A stretch of 62,242 nucleotides of DNA, counting the filler, from Choristocarpus tenellus KU-1152 (lineage: Eukaryota > Protista > Phaeophyceae), in NCBI GenBank assembly GCA_964200185.2. It is 10 parts of 10 records of this genome, joined end to end, with 100 filler letters (N's around TTAATTAATTAA, not from the genome) between each part and the next. Parts side by side here need not be neighbours in the genome. Positions count along the whole stretch, not along the records: positions 23,319 to 35,926 come from CAXNAD020001766.1; positions 36,027 to 41,065 come from CAXNAD020012081.1; 8 more parts are not named here. One strand, written 5' to 3'. Below, in pieces: positions 26,193 to 38,900 of the stretch. Numbering within the stretch: position 1 is the first letter of the stretch; the number at the start of each line of letters is the position of its first letter. The notes under the pieces were generated by a model. It did not search any database. It had not been told where the DNA came from and was given only the letters and a program-made list of their open reading frames with translations. The translations under genes and the position numbers were made by a program.

Positions 26193-29100
26193 TTACTTAG
26201 TCTGGGCAACCACAGAGTTGATACGTGCATTGATAGCACTTGCATCTCCAAGGTAATGTCCAGAGAGAGGGGCGATGGCATCAGGATGCAGCCTGGGCTT
26301 GAGGGTTTCCTTGTCCAGTTTGTACACCAGAGGAACGCCTGCAAAACAAAAGAAATAAAAACAATTGTGGATGCATCACACACATTGAAAGGGCAATCCA
26401 ACACGCAATATTCCATGTTAAGGCTCAAAAAACATTTATTCTATGTAGGCACAAAAAAACATCAGTAGAAGCAAGTAAAAGCTCTGATAAATTCTGACAA
26501 ATTCATTTCTGTCCTCATATTTACAACAGATTAAGGGGAGTGGACAAGCAGGGGAATGATGTACCCAATCCAGGGGGCGTGTAACAAATTTCACGAAGAA
26601 GTGACAAACAAGTGACAAAATTGTTTCATTGTATAGAGATGCTACCAGTCAAGTCGCCGCAATGCTCAAGGTAGGAGAGAGGATATAAGCAGGAGAAAAT
26701 GGCTGAATCCCAACCCAAGTTCAAGTCCAAGTCCAAGACCACACCACACACACACAAAAATTGACACAATCACAATCACAGACCAGTTTTCACCTTAATG
26801 AGGTGCAGTGCATAATAACCCCCCCTTGTCATGAGTCGCGCTAGGTCAAGTGACCACCCTCATCCTCCTTTCCCTAACCCTTTAGGTGCGTTTACTTCAA
26901 ACTGATGTAGATCAGTTCTACCATACGGATGTTTCTATGTCACCTGTGGGGATGTTAAGTCCAGTGATGACATCATTGGGAATGCCATCCAGGAACTGAA
27001 CCAGTGCCCGAAGGGTGTTACCATGAGCAGCAATTAGCACCCGCTTCCCACTCTTGATATCTGGAACAATGGACTCCTCCCACTCCACCAAAAACCTCTC
27101 CTTTGTCATCTGTACCATCAGGGAAGGGGGGGAACCGTTTGATATAGTGTCGGAGTCAAGGTCAACACTGGAAGAGGAACATTTTCTTCATAGTGTTGTG
27201 ACAGGTGAGGGGTAGAGGAGTTGGCAGGATATTTCGGCGTTTACATCATTGAAGTTGGGTTGTGTATTGTTTACTGTGTAATGAAGAGAAATATTATACT
27301 ATGACTATCTCACCCTATTAGCACATAGTACAACATGTGATAAATATCAATACCATCATACAATCAGAAAGGACATTCTAACCCATACAGTATACTGCAC
27401 TGTCTCACAAAAAAATGACATCACAAGTTGAGCATGTTTGGCAGTGGGGCCAGAGCTAAAATTCCTCAGAACAAGCAATGCAATCTTGATTTCTTAAATA
27501 TATACTTTTAAAAAAATATAGTATCATTCTCCAAGAACAAAATATACATTTCAACACACAGGAACTGACACCCTACTACAATACCAGACAAAAAAAAAGA
27601 ATATCTGACTAACAACATGAAATACCTTGAGAGACTCTGTTGTGGGCAGTAACTCCTCTGCAATTCCATCATACCGCCTATCATTTCCTGGATAGTGCTC
27701 ACTGACAAAAAATAAAAAATAGCACATGGTAAAAGAAAGGCATTACGTTTTGAAGGAGCAGTATGTATCCTGGATGAGGAATAACCTTTTTAGAATAGGG
27801 GATACACATAATAGGGGGGGAGGGATACTTGTGCAAGTTGCTTCATAGTCAAAAGTGGGAAACATCAAAGTACAAGTCTAGATGAAAAAAAGGTATAGAG
27901 TGTCAATTAAAGGTCCTTCCACTACCACTGCAGTACTATATACATACATTGTCCAATCCAAAACAACAATGCAATGAGCAGGGCTGTGTTGAACCTTTTG
28001 TAACTGTCAATTCAATTTCTGCCGAATAAACAGGTGATCTGTATCACCTATCCAAATCAATTATAGAATCAATTTCAAAGCATGATAAACACAGCACTCT
28101 TGTAGTGGTCCAAATACATGCACAATCCCATGTCTACAAACCCCTCTTCAAGTGCAGCAAAAAAAATAGAAAAAGTTTCCAAAATTTGCTCAAGGATGTC
28201 CCTGAACCTTGTTCGCCATAGTTTAACTTAAAGACTTCTATGTGTTGTGACTTGTACTTACACAGTGAAAACCAATATCATGATCAGTTAGTTAAACACT
28301 GACCTGCTGCTTGCAATAACTATGAACCTGTGATCTAATGATATGAAAGTACATTAATACAACGAATCGGTTTGATTTGATTCAAAGACAATCAACCTCG
28401 AAACCCAAGGGGTCCAATTGAATTACTCAACCCTCTCTATGATAAGTGTTCCAATAGTAACAACATAATCTAAAAAAAAATCATCATGGAACGTAGGCGC
28501 ATGTCGACTTTGAGCACACTTTGGTTCTGATTGCATAAGAGTAGACATGAAAAGTTATTCAGCCAACTCAATCCACACTCGGTGAACCTATAGAATCACA
28601 ACAATACCATGATCAGGTGCAACATGTACTTCTCCAAGTACCACTTGCTAACTGAAGAAATGAATACAAACATAAACACTCTCCTTGGCTCTCTGGGCCG
28701 AGCTTCCATTATGCCATGGTGTGGAGGGAGGAGAGCACAAACCAATACCAAAATAAGCAAAAGTGTGCATGAAACATACTCATACAAACACTATAACAAA
28801 AAAAATGAAAAAAAGAAACGCAACCACAGTTACAAATTCCACTGCACTGTGTAACTAACAGGGTCAACAAGTGGAAATGAAGAGGGGCAGGGGGAGGCAG
28901 GCATTCACCTGGTCTTCTCAAGAGTGGGCGGGGGGATGTCATAACTACGGCGCCAGATCATAACTTGGTCCTTGCCATGCTTGTCAACAGTCTGTTGCTT
29001 GTCCAGCCCCTGATGAAAGAAGTATGCAAAAAAAAACACTCGGATTAAAATCCATTTTTTTTTTTTTTTTATACAAAAAGAGTTATCATCAAGGTATGAT

Positions 29101-32100
29101 TATCAATAACTGATCTCTTTCTNNNNNNNNNNTTCCCTTACCCAACTTTTTTCAATTTAATAAAAAAATAAGAAAAAAAAAAACACTCGGATTAAAATCC
29201 ATTTTTTTTTTTTTCCAACAAAAAACGAGTAACCACCAAGGCATTCTAACCAAAAGCCAATCTTTCTCTAGCAATTGAAAAATTTTACTCAATTTATCCA
29301 ATCATCAACAGAGAGTTGGTGGGGTGCACAAAGCCCTATTTCTGCTCAAACATTTAACACATAGTATTCTAAAAAGTTGATATTGCATATACATACAAAA
29401 TCAAACTCCACACGATCCTTATCTTTCTGTGCATAACCCATTCAAAACAAAGAATAAAATAAGTAAAATTAGGAATTAATCCAAATCGGACAGTCTCTCT
29501 TCCTCCGCTAGAAAAAATATATATATGAAAATCCACACCTTCTATAAAACGCCTCCTTCAAAATTTGTTAGTAAGTGTTGTCGCAAAGGAATACAAACTT
29601 TATGCAATGTGTAACCCTAACCCTAAAAAAAAAAGTACCACAATGACAAAAAAGAGATAACACCCACAATGATGCTGTAGCCCAAATATTTTATTTGGCA
29701 AAAGAACCGTTCATTAAATTGAAACTGACTTGTACAAGAACAATGTCAAGAACCATAAAACAAAACTGAAGTATCAACAATTGCTTCCTCAGAGCTTGAA
29801 AAGGTACAGGAACCTGCACGATTTATTACTAGGCTGTCCTCTTGACTCAATGAAAACATACGAATGATTTGATTGGCTTACACATCACATATCATACACT
29901 CTCAACCCCTCTCAAGACCTGCACATGGCTCAATGTACAACTCACAAAACGAAAATTACACGTCTCAAAAATTAATTATCTCTAAGCTACAAATGGTTGT
30001 TACTGAAATTCCCATAGAACTTCAACTTGTCAAGCAAAATAGAGCGGATTTCACAGCCGTCTCTTTTTCATCCGCAGACAGAAACGTACCTACCAACAGC
30101 AATTCAATTGAAGATCCTCGCAATAACTGATCTAAAAAATAGCACAGAAGAAAAAATTGAAAGCAGCATACTCCATCTCGCCCTAAACAAAAACAACAGA
30201 CCAGCCCTGCACGACTCAATAGCTTCACTTGGTTCCACAATAAATATCAAGAAATTTCACCTCCAGTTCAACAAAGCTCACTTGCAAACAGTCATTTCGA
30301 ACAACTCTTAGGGTCGATACTATCATCTACAAAAAAATGTTGTGATGACCTATGCACTGTCTGTAAACGCCTTTTTCAAAACACTCAATGGCAACACTTA
30401 CACCATGAAAAAAAATATATATATATATATATATACATACAGGCAACTTCTTTGTAGCTGTTAAGTAACAACCCTCTTTCCCTTTGTCTCAACATACAAT
30501 TTTCATCATATCGAGCAACATATTGCATCCTTGTTCCATGACACATGGGACCCAAAGCTGTCACTACCAAACACGGCGATGAACATCAGGGGAAGGGAGA
30601 GGGGAATTTGGGGGAGCATAGTAAGTCTAAGGGAAGGTAAGTAAATTGCCCACCTGCAAAGCACCATAATGCCTCTCATTTAGTCGCCACGATCGCTTGA
30701 CTGGGATCCACATAAGGTCAGTGGCTTCTAGCACCGACCACAGGGTGTTGATGGCCCTCTGTCATTGACCGCAGCATCAGGGTGACAATGTAACAACAAT
30801 GCAGGGGAGGGAGGGGNNNNNNNNGGGTGTTGTTCCCCCGGGAAAGCGGGGAGGAAGACGTGAGAAAAAAAGACAGACGGAGGGGGGGGGGGGGGGGGGG
30901 GGGGAAGAGGGAGAAAAATGTTAGAAATAGTCAGCTCTCGCTTGGGATTGCTCTGTTGCAGACCTCTGAGTAGATATATCTAGATACTCCCAAAGACTTC
31001 TACAAGCAGAGGAGGGTGACAATTGGTTCCAAACGTAACATAGAACACTGTATAAAGTGTACCCTAAAACGAGAACTAGAGCCATTAATCACCCCCTTAA
31101 AACACGACACAAAACATGTTTCATCACCTAATGTCAAAGGACAACATACAGAGATTAGCACACCAGTAGAAGCAATGCAGCACACAGAACCTTCTCAATA
31201 ACTGTACAACAAACACTGTCACCACATGCACGGAAATCGGAAGCTGGGTTTGCTGAAATACAATTCATTCTGAGCATTTGTTGAGTTGCATCGCACGCCG
31301 TCATCAACCACTCCTGCCTGCCCCTGCCCCTGACCCTGCCCCTTTTTTATATGCGTGTTTATGCATAAATAATGCATCAGCAGGTTAACAAACCTTGAGA
31401 AGTGAGGTGTACGCGAGGTCAAAGGTATACCCCATTTCCCGAATGATCTCGCCACACTGCTTAGCCTCCCGTTCCCCATTCTCTGATAGTGGCACATCAG
31501 CCCATCCTGTGAAGCGGTTCTCGTCGTTCCAGGTGCTCTCTCCATGCCTAGCAGAAGGACACAGCACAGTTGGGGAGGAGGGGAGGATGGGGCAGCAAGG
31601 GTGTGAAAAAAAAAAATCGGCATCAAATTACTAGAAATAATCGTGCTCGTGAGAAAATTCCAGACTTATTATCAGAAGGCAGGGCAGAGAAGTAAAAAAA
31701 AAAAAAGCAAAAAAAATGAAGCAAAGACTAAACTCCACTCAGCAAGCTATGAGGAGTAGCCAAGACCCAAATACCAACCAGTACCCAATAGCTGAGACAG
31801 GACAGCCTCAACACCATCAGGACTATTTCTATAGTACTTAGAACAGGGAGAAGTGTTCAAAACCCTAGAACATGATCTTGTCAAAATGGCAGGGTTTTGG
31901 TCTGGTGTACAATGAGGTCATGGCATCAACTGATGCATATCCCTAACCTTTCAAGTATTTCTAGTTTGTCACCGCTGTGGAGGGTTGGTTCATAGCAGTT
32001 AGATATTCAATCAGAATGTTACGTCAAGTACATCCAAACATTGCATTCCACACAACTGTACAGATCTCTCATTTAGAAGGGGAAAGGGGCAGTTTATCTA

Positions 32101-33572
32101 TTCTGCCCCATGTTTTATCAGCTCCTGTACAGTGCATCAGTTCAAGTTTATGTAAGCTCAAAAGGCAACAAAGCTGCCGAGTTTAGTTGATAACTGACTG
32201 CGCTTTCAAAATGTACACTCGTGGTGAGGAAGCAACCTCTCCTTTTCTGGCATCATTGCGGATATTGCAACTGCTGCCACTGTCACTCGTTTCCTCGTAG
32301 TAGTAAACAATTGTATCATAGATTTGGCACTATATGTAACAACGGAAATCAAAATCAAAACTTCACAACAGACACCATATATCCTCATGATATCAAGAGT
32401 GGCCAACCGCGAAATAAAATCAATGGGATTTCCTAACTTAAACTTACACTGAATGCGATTAAATATTTGAGAACTCTAGTTAACATAGCTGGTCCACAAA
32501 ATACTGACTTGAAGAGAATACTGTCATACTCAGTATCACAGAAACCCTGTAAAGCAAACTAGGTGAGACCACCAAAAGCAGTGGGAATTGCCTCCCATTG
32601 AGAGCACTTGCCTGACGAGCAAAAGGGTGTATGTATCAGAATCCTCTATGATCTCTGCCGAATTCGCAACGATTACGTGTGATGCGCGGCACCTCGTTGA
32701 GCCAGAAAAGGCAGTCAGGGCTGGAGAGTGCGTGGCCCCACGCGACCAGCGAAGACCATGCCGGCCTACCTGTAGTGGTACGAACGCTGAAGGGCAAAAG
32801 TGCGTATTGTATAGAGTGACAAGGGGGAAGCAAATCTTGTTGGTGCAGATTTTGGAGCCGTTGTCGACTGCTTGTTGGATCAAGCGAACAGATGCTGTGC
32901 ATTTCTCTCCTTGACCGCAATGGATGATCAGAACCATTGATCACAACATACGATCAGTCGAGAGAAATATGGTGCCTACTGTAACTCGGCTTATTCTATC
33001 AAGAGTCCTCCTTCAACAGTAAAAAAATCAATGTATGAGCAATCCTGTCGCCCTTTTCCTACTTGATCTTATTCAGGAATTTCAGGCATTTTATTGCCTC
33101 ACATCCCAACACGGACGAGAGTGGCAAATGCCAGAGATCAGCAAAAGAAACACGAGGGGGACAATAGTTCGAGGATATAGCCTCCAAGACTTGAGTGTTA
33201 GCTACGCATCGCCCTCCAAAAGGAACGGTTTCTGTTCATCTACGAGTGTGCTGGTGACTCCCGCCAGTAATATAGTGAAGGTCAACCTTCAGTACGATAT
33301 TGAATGTTTATACCTTTTGCCACATCCACTGCTAGCGCGACGCCCACGAGGACTGCTTGAAGCTGAAAATTTGATACCCCATGACCAGGGAGCACCCGAG
33401 TCAGGAGAGAGAGGAGAGTCGACGTGGGAAATGTTAGGTTATGTTTGAGTTTTGGTAACCATATGCCAGCATCCACGTGGCTATAAATATGCCATGAACG
33501 CAAAGACCACACTGAAACAAATCCTACTAGATTACTAGTCATATCAGGAATGCTAATAGCACCGACCTTCAT
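26193..33572 (-). CDS. gpmA: 2,3-bisphosphoglycerate-dependent phosphoglycerate mutase, predicted plastid-targeted (325 aa)
   Basis: Exons 33572-33567, 33362-33314, 32786-32612, 31547-31394, 30758-30654, 29009-28909, 27701-27626, 27109-26944 and 26338-26193 total 978 nt in frame. Motifs [48 protein letters not shown]. The first two exons are inferred. Confidence 0.93.
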
Positions 33573-33910
33573 CTCGAGGAGCAACGCACGGAGCAGGGGG
33601 GGAGATGTAGGACAGAGTAGAGTCCAAGGGCTGAGAGCCCCAGATCTAGCTACAGAAATAACCTGTCAGAAATAGGTGAGCCAATCACAAGTTAAATGAG
33701 ATGCACTGACCTAAGCCTATGAAATCTTGGTTGTATATTTGTGATTTTTTTCATCCTACTAGTTATTTTTTTTCTAGAATAGAATTTGTTGAACCATGTT
33801 GAGAGTAGTAGTAGTAGAAGTTATTAACAGGAGTAAGGAGACTTAAGAGATATCCGTAAAATGCCGATCATAATAATATTCACGACATTCGCAAGCAGTG
33901 TAACACGTAC

Positions 33911-34156
33911 ATGAAGGATGACAGCAATACCCTCAAGAACGAAGGCACAAAAAAGAGATCCCCTTCTCCCCTATCCTACTACTGCGTGGCCACAGCCAAA
34001 GGTCTCCACCAGGTTCAGTCCACTTTTGGACCCGTAGGGATTTCCTTCCAAACCTTCCTGGACAACACATCTCTGTCCAGGAGGGCGATAAACTCCATTG
34101 CCATTGCTGCTTTTGAGCAACTGAAAACGGACCTGTATGGGGTGGGCAAGTACTAG
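33911..34156 (+). pseudogene. Possible REL-endonuclease C-terminal fragment of a non-LTR retrotransposon
   Basis: STFGPVG...FLD...LSRR resembles the (E)xFGR.G...ISRR tail seen at 50445-51435. Confidence 0.35.
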
Positions 34157-34398
34157 ACATGAATCAGACCTACACCACACCACCAACAACAACGAAAATT
34201 ATCCCCCTTCTGAATAGCACTAACTCCATTCCAACACCAGAACTAGTGTGGACAAGGGGCCAATGCATGCATCACTACACAGCCCTCAGAGCCAGCACAA
34301 TGGATTTCTCCAGATAATATTAGACTCACTGCAAGCAGGTCTCTAGGGAGAGAGTAGCCAAGGCTCGTAACTAGGATCTAAGATGGTCAAACGCCTAG

Positions 34399-34535
34399 GA
34401 CTCAAAGTATCTAGGGGGGGTGGCGGCTGTCCATTTGGGGCCATTTTTTTCATATCGCGATTTTGGGGGGATTTGGTTCCATACATACGTTGGATGGATA
34501 ATGAAAGTGCACTTTTCCTGGTTTTCGGCCAAATA
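34399..34535 (-). mobile_element. MITE family B, truncated
   Basis: gactcaaagtatctagggggg followed by the reverse-complement family B body. Confidence 0.85.
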
Positions 34536-34693
34536 AATGCTGAGGTTCCTGTTGTGACAAGGGTCTACTTACGGACTTTGCTTTTACAGAGCCCCAGGCA
34601 GTTTGGGCATCTCGGTAAGCAAGCAAAGATTTTCGTGAACAAATTGGAAGGTGTTGGTGGAAAGGGACTGTCAATCTAAGTTTGAGACTGAAT

Positions 34694-34953
34694 GAGTGAA
34701 AATATCTTAGAGGGGGTACGAGTCTTGCCCTATTTGCCCATTTGGGGCTTGGCTTCCCTCGGGGGTTTTATGACACTTTCCTCCTCCAAAATGTTTCGGA
34801 GTAGGTGAAATGTATACGTTATGAAAAGGTGTGCCCGGAACAAGGATATTGACACTTCCTAACAAACACGACAGCCAAAATTACATCGAAATCGTGACAT
34901 TGGATTTGGGCCCCCAAATGGACGCAGCTTTACCGTCTAATATACTTTGGCTC
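34694..34953 (-). mobile_element. MITE family A
   Basis: GAGTGAAAATATCTTAGAGG...ATACTTTGGCTC. Confidence 0.9.
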
Positions 34954-35313
34954 AGATAGTGCCCGTCACTGAACAAGTGGATCTTTCGAGATTCATCTTG
35001 CGTTTCAAGCTAGGGAGAACGAGTAGGTGGGCAAGAAGAAGTCTGACATATTCTTGGAATACTTCCTTAGGTCTCCCAGCAACTTTGTAGAGCTAGGTTA
35101 GAAGTATAGCAGTTTGTGCCTTAGTAGAGAGCAGTATTCAAGGGGACATTGTTGTGTAGTTAGGTTTCACATTGAGCGTATATTAGGGAGTTATCTTAAC
35201 ATTGACAATTATCGTTGTATCCACAGTAGATCTTCGTATAGTTCTGGTCTCTGCTTCCCGTCCCGACGCCGCCCCACCCCTGACACATCCTTAACATGAC
35301 AGAGGGCATAATA
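34954..35313 (+). mobile_element. 3' tail of a REL-type (CRE-like) non-LTR retrotransposon
   Basis: Translates SRFILRFKLGRTSRWARRSLTYSWNTSL, homologous to SRRVMSFKLETPGRWARRGLSDSWDISL at ~51300; ends in the shared motif TGACAGAGGGCATAATA. Confidence 0.65.
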
Positions 35314-35579
35314 CTGTAACATAATGCAATAGTTAATGACTGATGAAGTTATGGTATATATATATTTGTGCGAAGGCTGGGGTGCTTAGTAGGAAGGGAA
35401 CGGTGAAGGCATGCCCATCACAGATTGTGTCCGTCACAGCGTAAGTAAGTGGTGATATCAAGGCATGTCATGCATTTCAAGGTAGGAACACCAAGACAGT
35501 GACCAAGGCGGGGCCTGACAGACAAATATCATATTATCGTGGAACTCTTCCCATATTTCTAGATCACCTTGACATATTG

Positions 35580-35746
35580 GAGCCAAAGTAAACTACAGGT
35601 ACCTATAGGGTTGCATTTCAAGGATGCTGACAAATGTGCAAATTCGTTTTTTTGTGCAGATATTTGCAGGAACCTTTCTGAATCCTGTAGAAAACGTTCA
35701 AACAATCGAGAAAATAACGCTCCCAAGGCACTTCATCAATAGAAAT
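35580..35746 (+). mobile_element. MITE family C, left part, interrupted by a family B copy
   Basis: GAGCCAAAGTAAACTACAGG terminus; gttgcatttcaaggatgctga matches the sequence near 55532. Confidence 0.7.
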
Positions 35747-35925
35747 GACCCAAAGTATCTTGGGGGGTGGAGGGGGTCTAGACCAGGGTGTCCAATTAGA
35801 CCAAAATGAGGAAAAGTGCATTTACATTATCCATCCCACGTATGCAACCAAATCACCCAAAAATCGCGACATGAAAAAATCGACCCCAATTGGACAGCTG
35901 CCCCCCCCTCCGGATACTTTGAGCA
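35747..35925 (+). mobile_element. MITE family B
   Basis: GACCCAAAGTATCT...GGATACTTTGAGC. Confidence 0.9.
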
Positions 35926-38900
35926 ANNNNNNNNNNNNNNNNNNNNNNNNNNNNNNNNNNNNNNNNNNNNTTAATTAATTAANNNNNNNNNNNNNNNNNN
36001 NNNNNNNNNNNNNNNNNNNNNNNNNNCCCCCCCTCCTTCTTTTTGCCTTTTCCTTTTCCTTTTGTTTTTTTCTTCAGGCCCCAGCCCCCCCCCCCCCCCC
36101 CCCCGAAGTATATTTTGTGAGCGAAGTTATCCCACCGATCTTGCCTATCCCCCCTTTCCCCTCTGCTTCATGACAGGGCTCGCAAGCGCCGAGCTAGGAG
36201 CTGTGATCGCGGGCCTCCTGCGCTAGGAGGACAAGTTTTTTCAAGGGTAGCTAATGGCTTCAATAACAAGCACGACCAACAACATACCTTCAAGGGTAGT
36301 GGTGTTGGGGTTGGTGTGAGGGGCGGTAGGTTGACTTCAGCGAGTACGGGGATGGGACGTCCGGGCCTTGAGCTTCCTTCGAGACTGTTGGGACCTCCTT
36401 CGCTGTATGACACTAAGATGGTGGCGGTGAGAGAGAGAGGGTTGTCCATCACATGAGGCATCTCCTAGGAGTGTTTTGGATTGGAGATTCTGTTGTGAAT
36501 CTCCCCTTGATTCCGTGTTTGTATGCTCGCCTCCTTGGGCGTTTTTGTCCATGTTATGGGTCACATTCTTGCGCCGGTATTGCTTCTAGTTTGTAGGTGG
36601 TGTGTTGAGTGTTGAGTAGGTCTAATGTACGGCTTTTGCTGTCCTTGCCACGTAACTGCCAATCCCCAAGCTGTACCTGCGTCCTCCCTTGTACAAAGGA
36701 TACGGCATAGTATGCGTGAGATCATGTAGCACAGTGACAGGTTGGTCCTCCTGAGCAGAACCCTGCTCACAAGAGTATTGCTAGTATTGAGATCATAGAA
36801 CCATATGGTATGTAGTTTTGGGAAGCACTTGGAGCTTACCTGTTTTGTGCTAAGCAAATAGACCTCTTAATTTTGAAGTTTGAGGTTTTTGTTGTTGATC
36901 CTAGTGGTGTTTGTATTCCAGAGGTTCTGACACAGAGTCCGTGCTTGTTGTATACCTTATGTTCATAACCTAGTCGACGGGAACCACTGCAATAATCCAC
37001 CATCCCCGCTTTCCCAAGCCCCCCCTTCCTTTCTGTGCTCACCTTGTGTCCTCTCCCTCCCAACTCCATCCGTACTCCCTTACTCACTGTACCATGATCT
37101 CCAATGACCCCTTTCCCTTTGTGTGTTGTGCTTTGATGGTGTTGAATTGTTTTATCCCTGCTCATTGTTTGGCCGCCTTAGGTCATGGGACTTCTTGCTT
37201 ATGAGGACCCCAGTAGGAGCCCACTGGCTCGTCTAGTGTCTATGTCTCAGAACCAGGCGATTGCAGACAAGGCCAATGATACTGTCCTGGGTGAGGTTGT
37301 TTGTGTTGCTTTTTGAAGGTCTCATGCTGCAGCCTTTGCTATGTGCATATTTTCTGTTCAGGTCCATGGTTGCGTAGAACAGTAACCCAATATTCAACAG
37401 GTTGGGTAGACAGGGCCAAGGCTATCAAGGAGCTCCCTTGAGAAAGGAACCTGTTTCAGGCAATGATGTTTCTTTTGGTGGGGGTGAAGATATTGACTAC
37501 CAGTATGTGCTGTCTCCCTCTCTGCCAAAATCCTACGTGGTAGGTCACCTTGTTGGAGCATTGATGCCCAAGACGCATCCTATTTCAGCGCTGGAGAAGA
37601 CCCTACAGCACCTATTGGCAACACAGCAGGTGGGTGGCAGTTCAACTGGTGTGGGAGTGCATGGATACGTACAGGAGAGTTGGTCGTTTTTGATCCTGTT
37701 TGAGATGTTGAAAGTGACTTTGAACATGTTCAAGTCAATGCCAGAAAGTGTAGCAAAAGGTTAAATGGTGTATAGTTGTATAGTATGTGAGTATGCAATG
37801 CCTTTTGATGTAGTGTATCCTTCAAGATTATAGCGATCCTTTGCACTACAATGGCTTGTGTTGAGTGGTTGTCAACAACTCGGCAGTGTGAGGGTGCAAG
37901 GACAGGTCAAAACTACTACATGATCACTTCTGGGCTTGCAACTACAAAATGCTGTTCCTGCTTGCTTGTCTGTAGTGCCCAGCTTGAATATTCCTTCCAG
38001 CGTTAGGTGGCAGTCAAAGCATGCCTCCTCAATATACTTGACATTTCTTTTTCTGGCCAGGTGGCACGTGAGATGGCTGGAGACAGAGGAGAAGTGTTTA
38101 CACTACAGCGCCCCAGGAACAGATAACTGTCTGCCCCCCTCCATCATCCATGATGTCCATCTCAGTCAGGGTGTGCACTAGATTATCATGTGATCATGAG
38201 GAGCCCACCACACCGCTGAGAGTCCTATAAAATGTTTGTTGGCAGCTTTTGATCTCAGGAGAGAGGAAAGTTGATTGAGATGTTTGGGAGGGAGGGGGGC
38301 GAGAGGAGGCTCGTGTGAACGTTGCCTTAACCTTATAGTATTGAAGTATATCCCACCTTGAAAGGGTTAATGCACTCTGCCATTGCTCCCAGTGGCTTTT
38401 GTGTTTTGGCCGTTTTGCTTTGTAGTTATTTTTGGTGTTTCTTTTGGAAAATGGAAGGAGGGGGGGGGAGAGAGAGGGGGGAAGGAAATTCTTCATTGGA
38501 AGGCAAGAGGAGAAATGGTGGTATTGCATCTGGTCTCATGGGCTGAATGATGCAAAATTTTGTATTATAAAGCTGGTGGAGGTTCAGTCGATGTGTGTCC
38601 TTTGTTTGCTCTGGACCCTTCTTCCCAGCAGGCAGCTGTTTCATCCCTTGCTTAGGTGGTCAGCATTACTACCGTTGTCATATGTTTGTCTTAGCGTGTT
38701 GGGGGGGGTTTCTTACATTCAACCTATCCATTGCCACTCCGTGGTTGGTTGCTTATGTGGAGGTTTCATAATGTTCCTTGGTTTTGTTGAGGAGAGTGAG
38801 TGGTTGTGGGTTTTTTCTCAACAACATGGACAGTTGTCAATAGTAGTAGCTAGGGCGTATTTCTTAAAAGGGGGTGGTGGTGGTGCTATTGGGCAAGGCA

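Noticed and set aside
29030-29270. Direct duplication inside a PGAM intron
   Set aside because: It straddles a 10-N gap next to homopolymers; probably an assembly overlap artefact.
29612-29625. TAACCCTAACCCTA telomere-like repeat (also degenerate at ~13559-13581)
   Set aside because: Only about two units, intronic; not a telomere.
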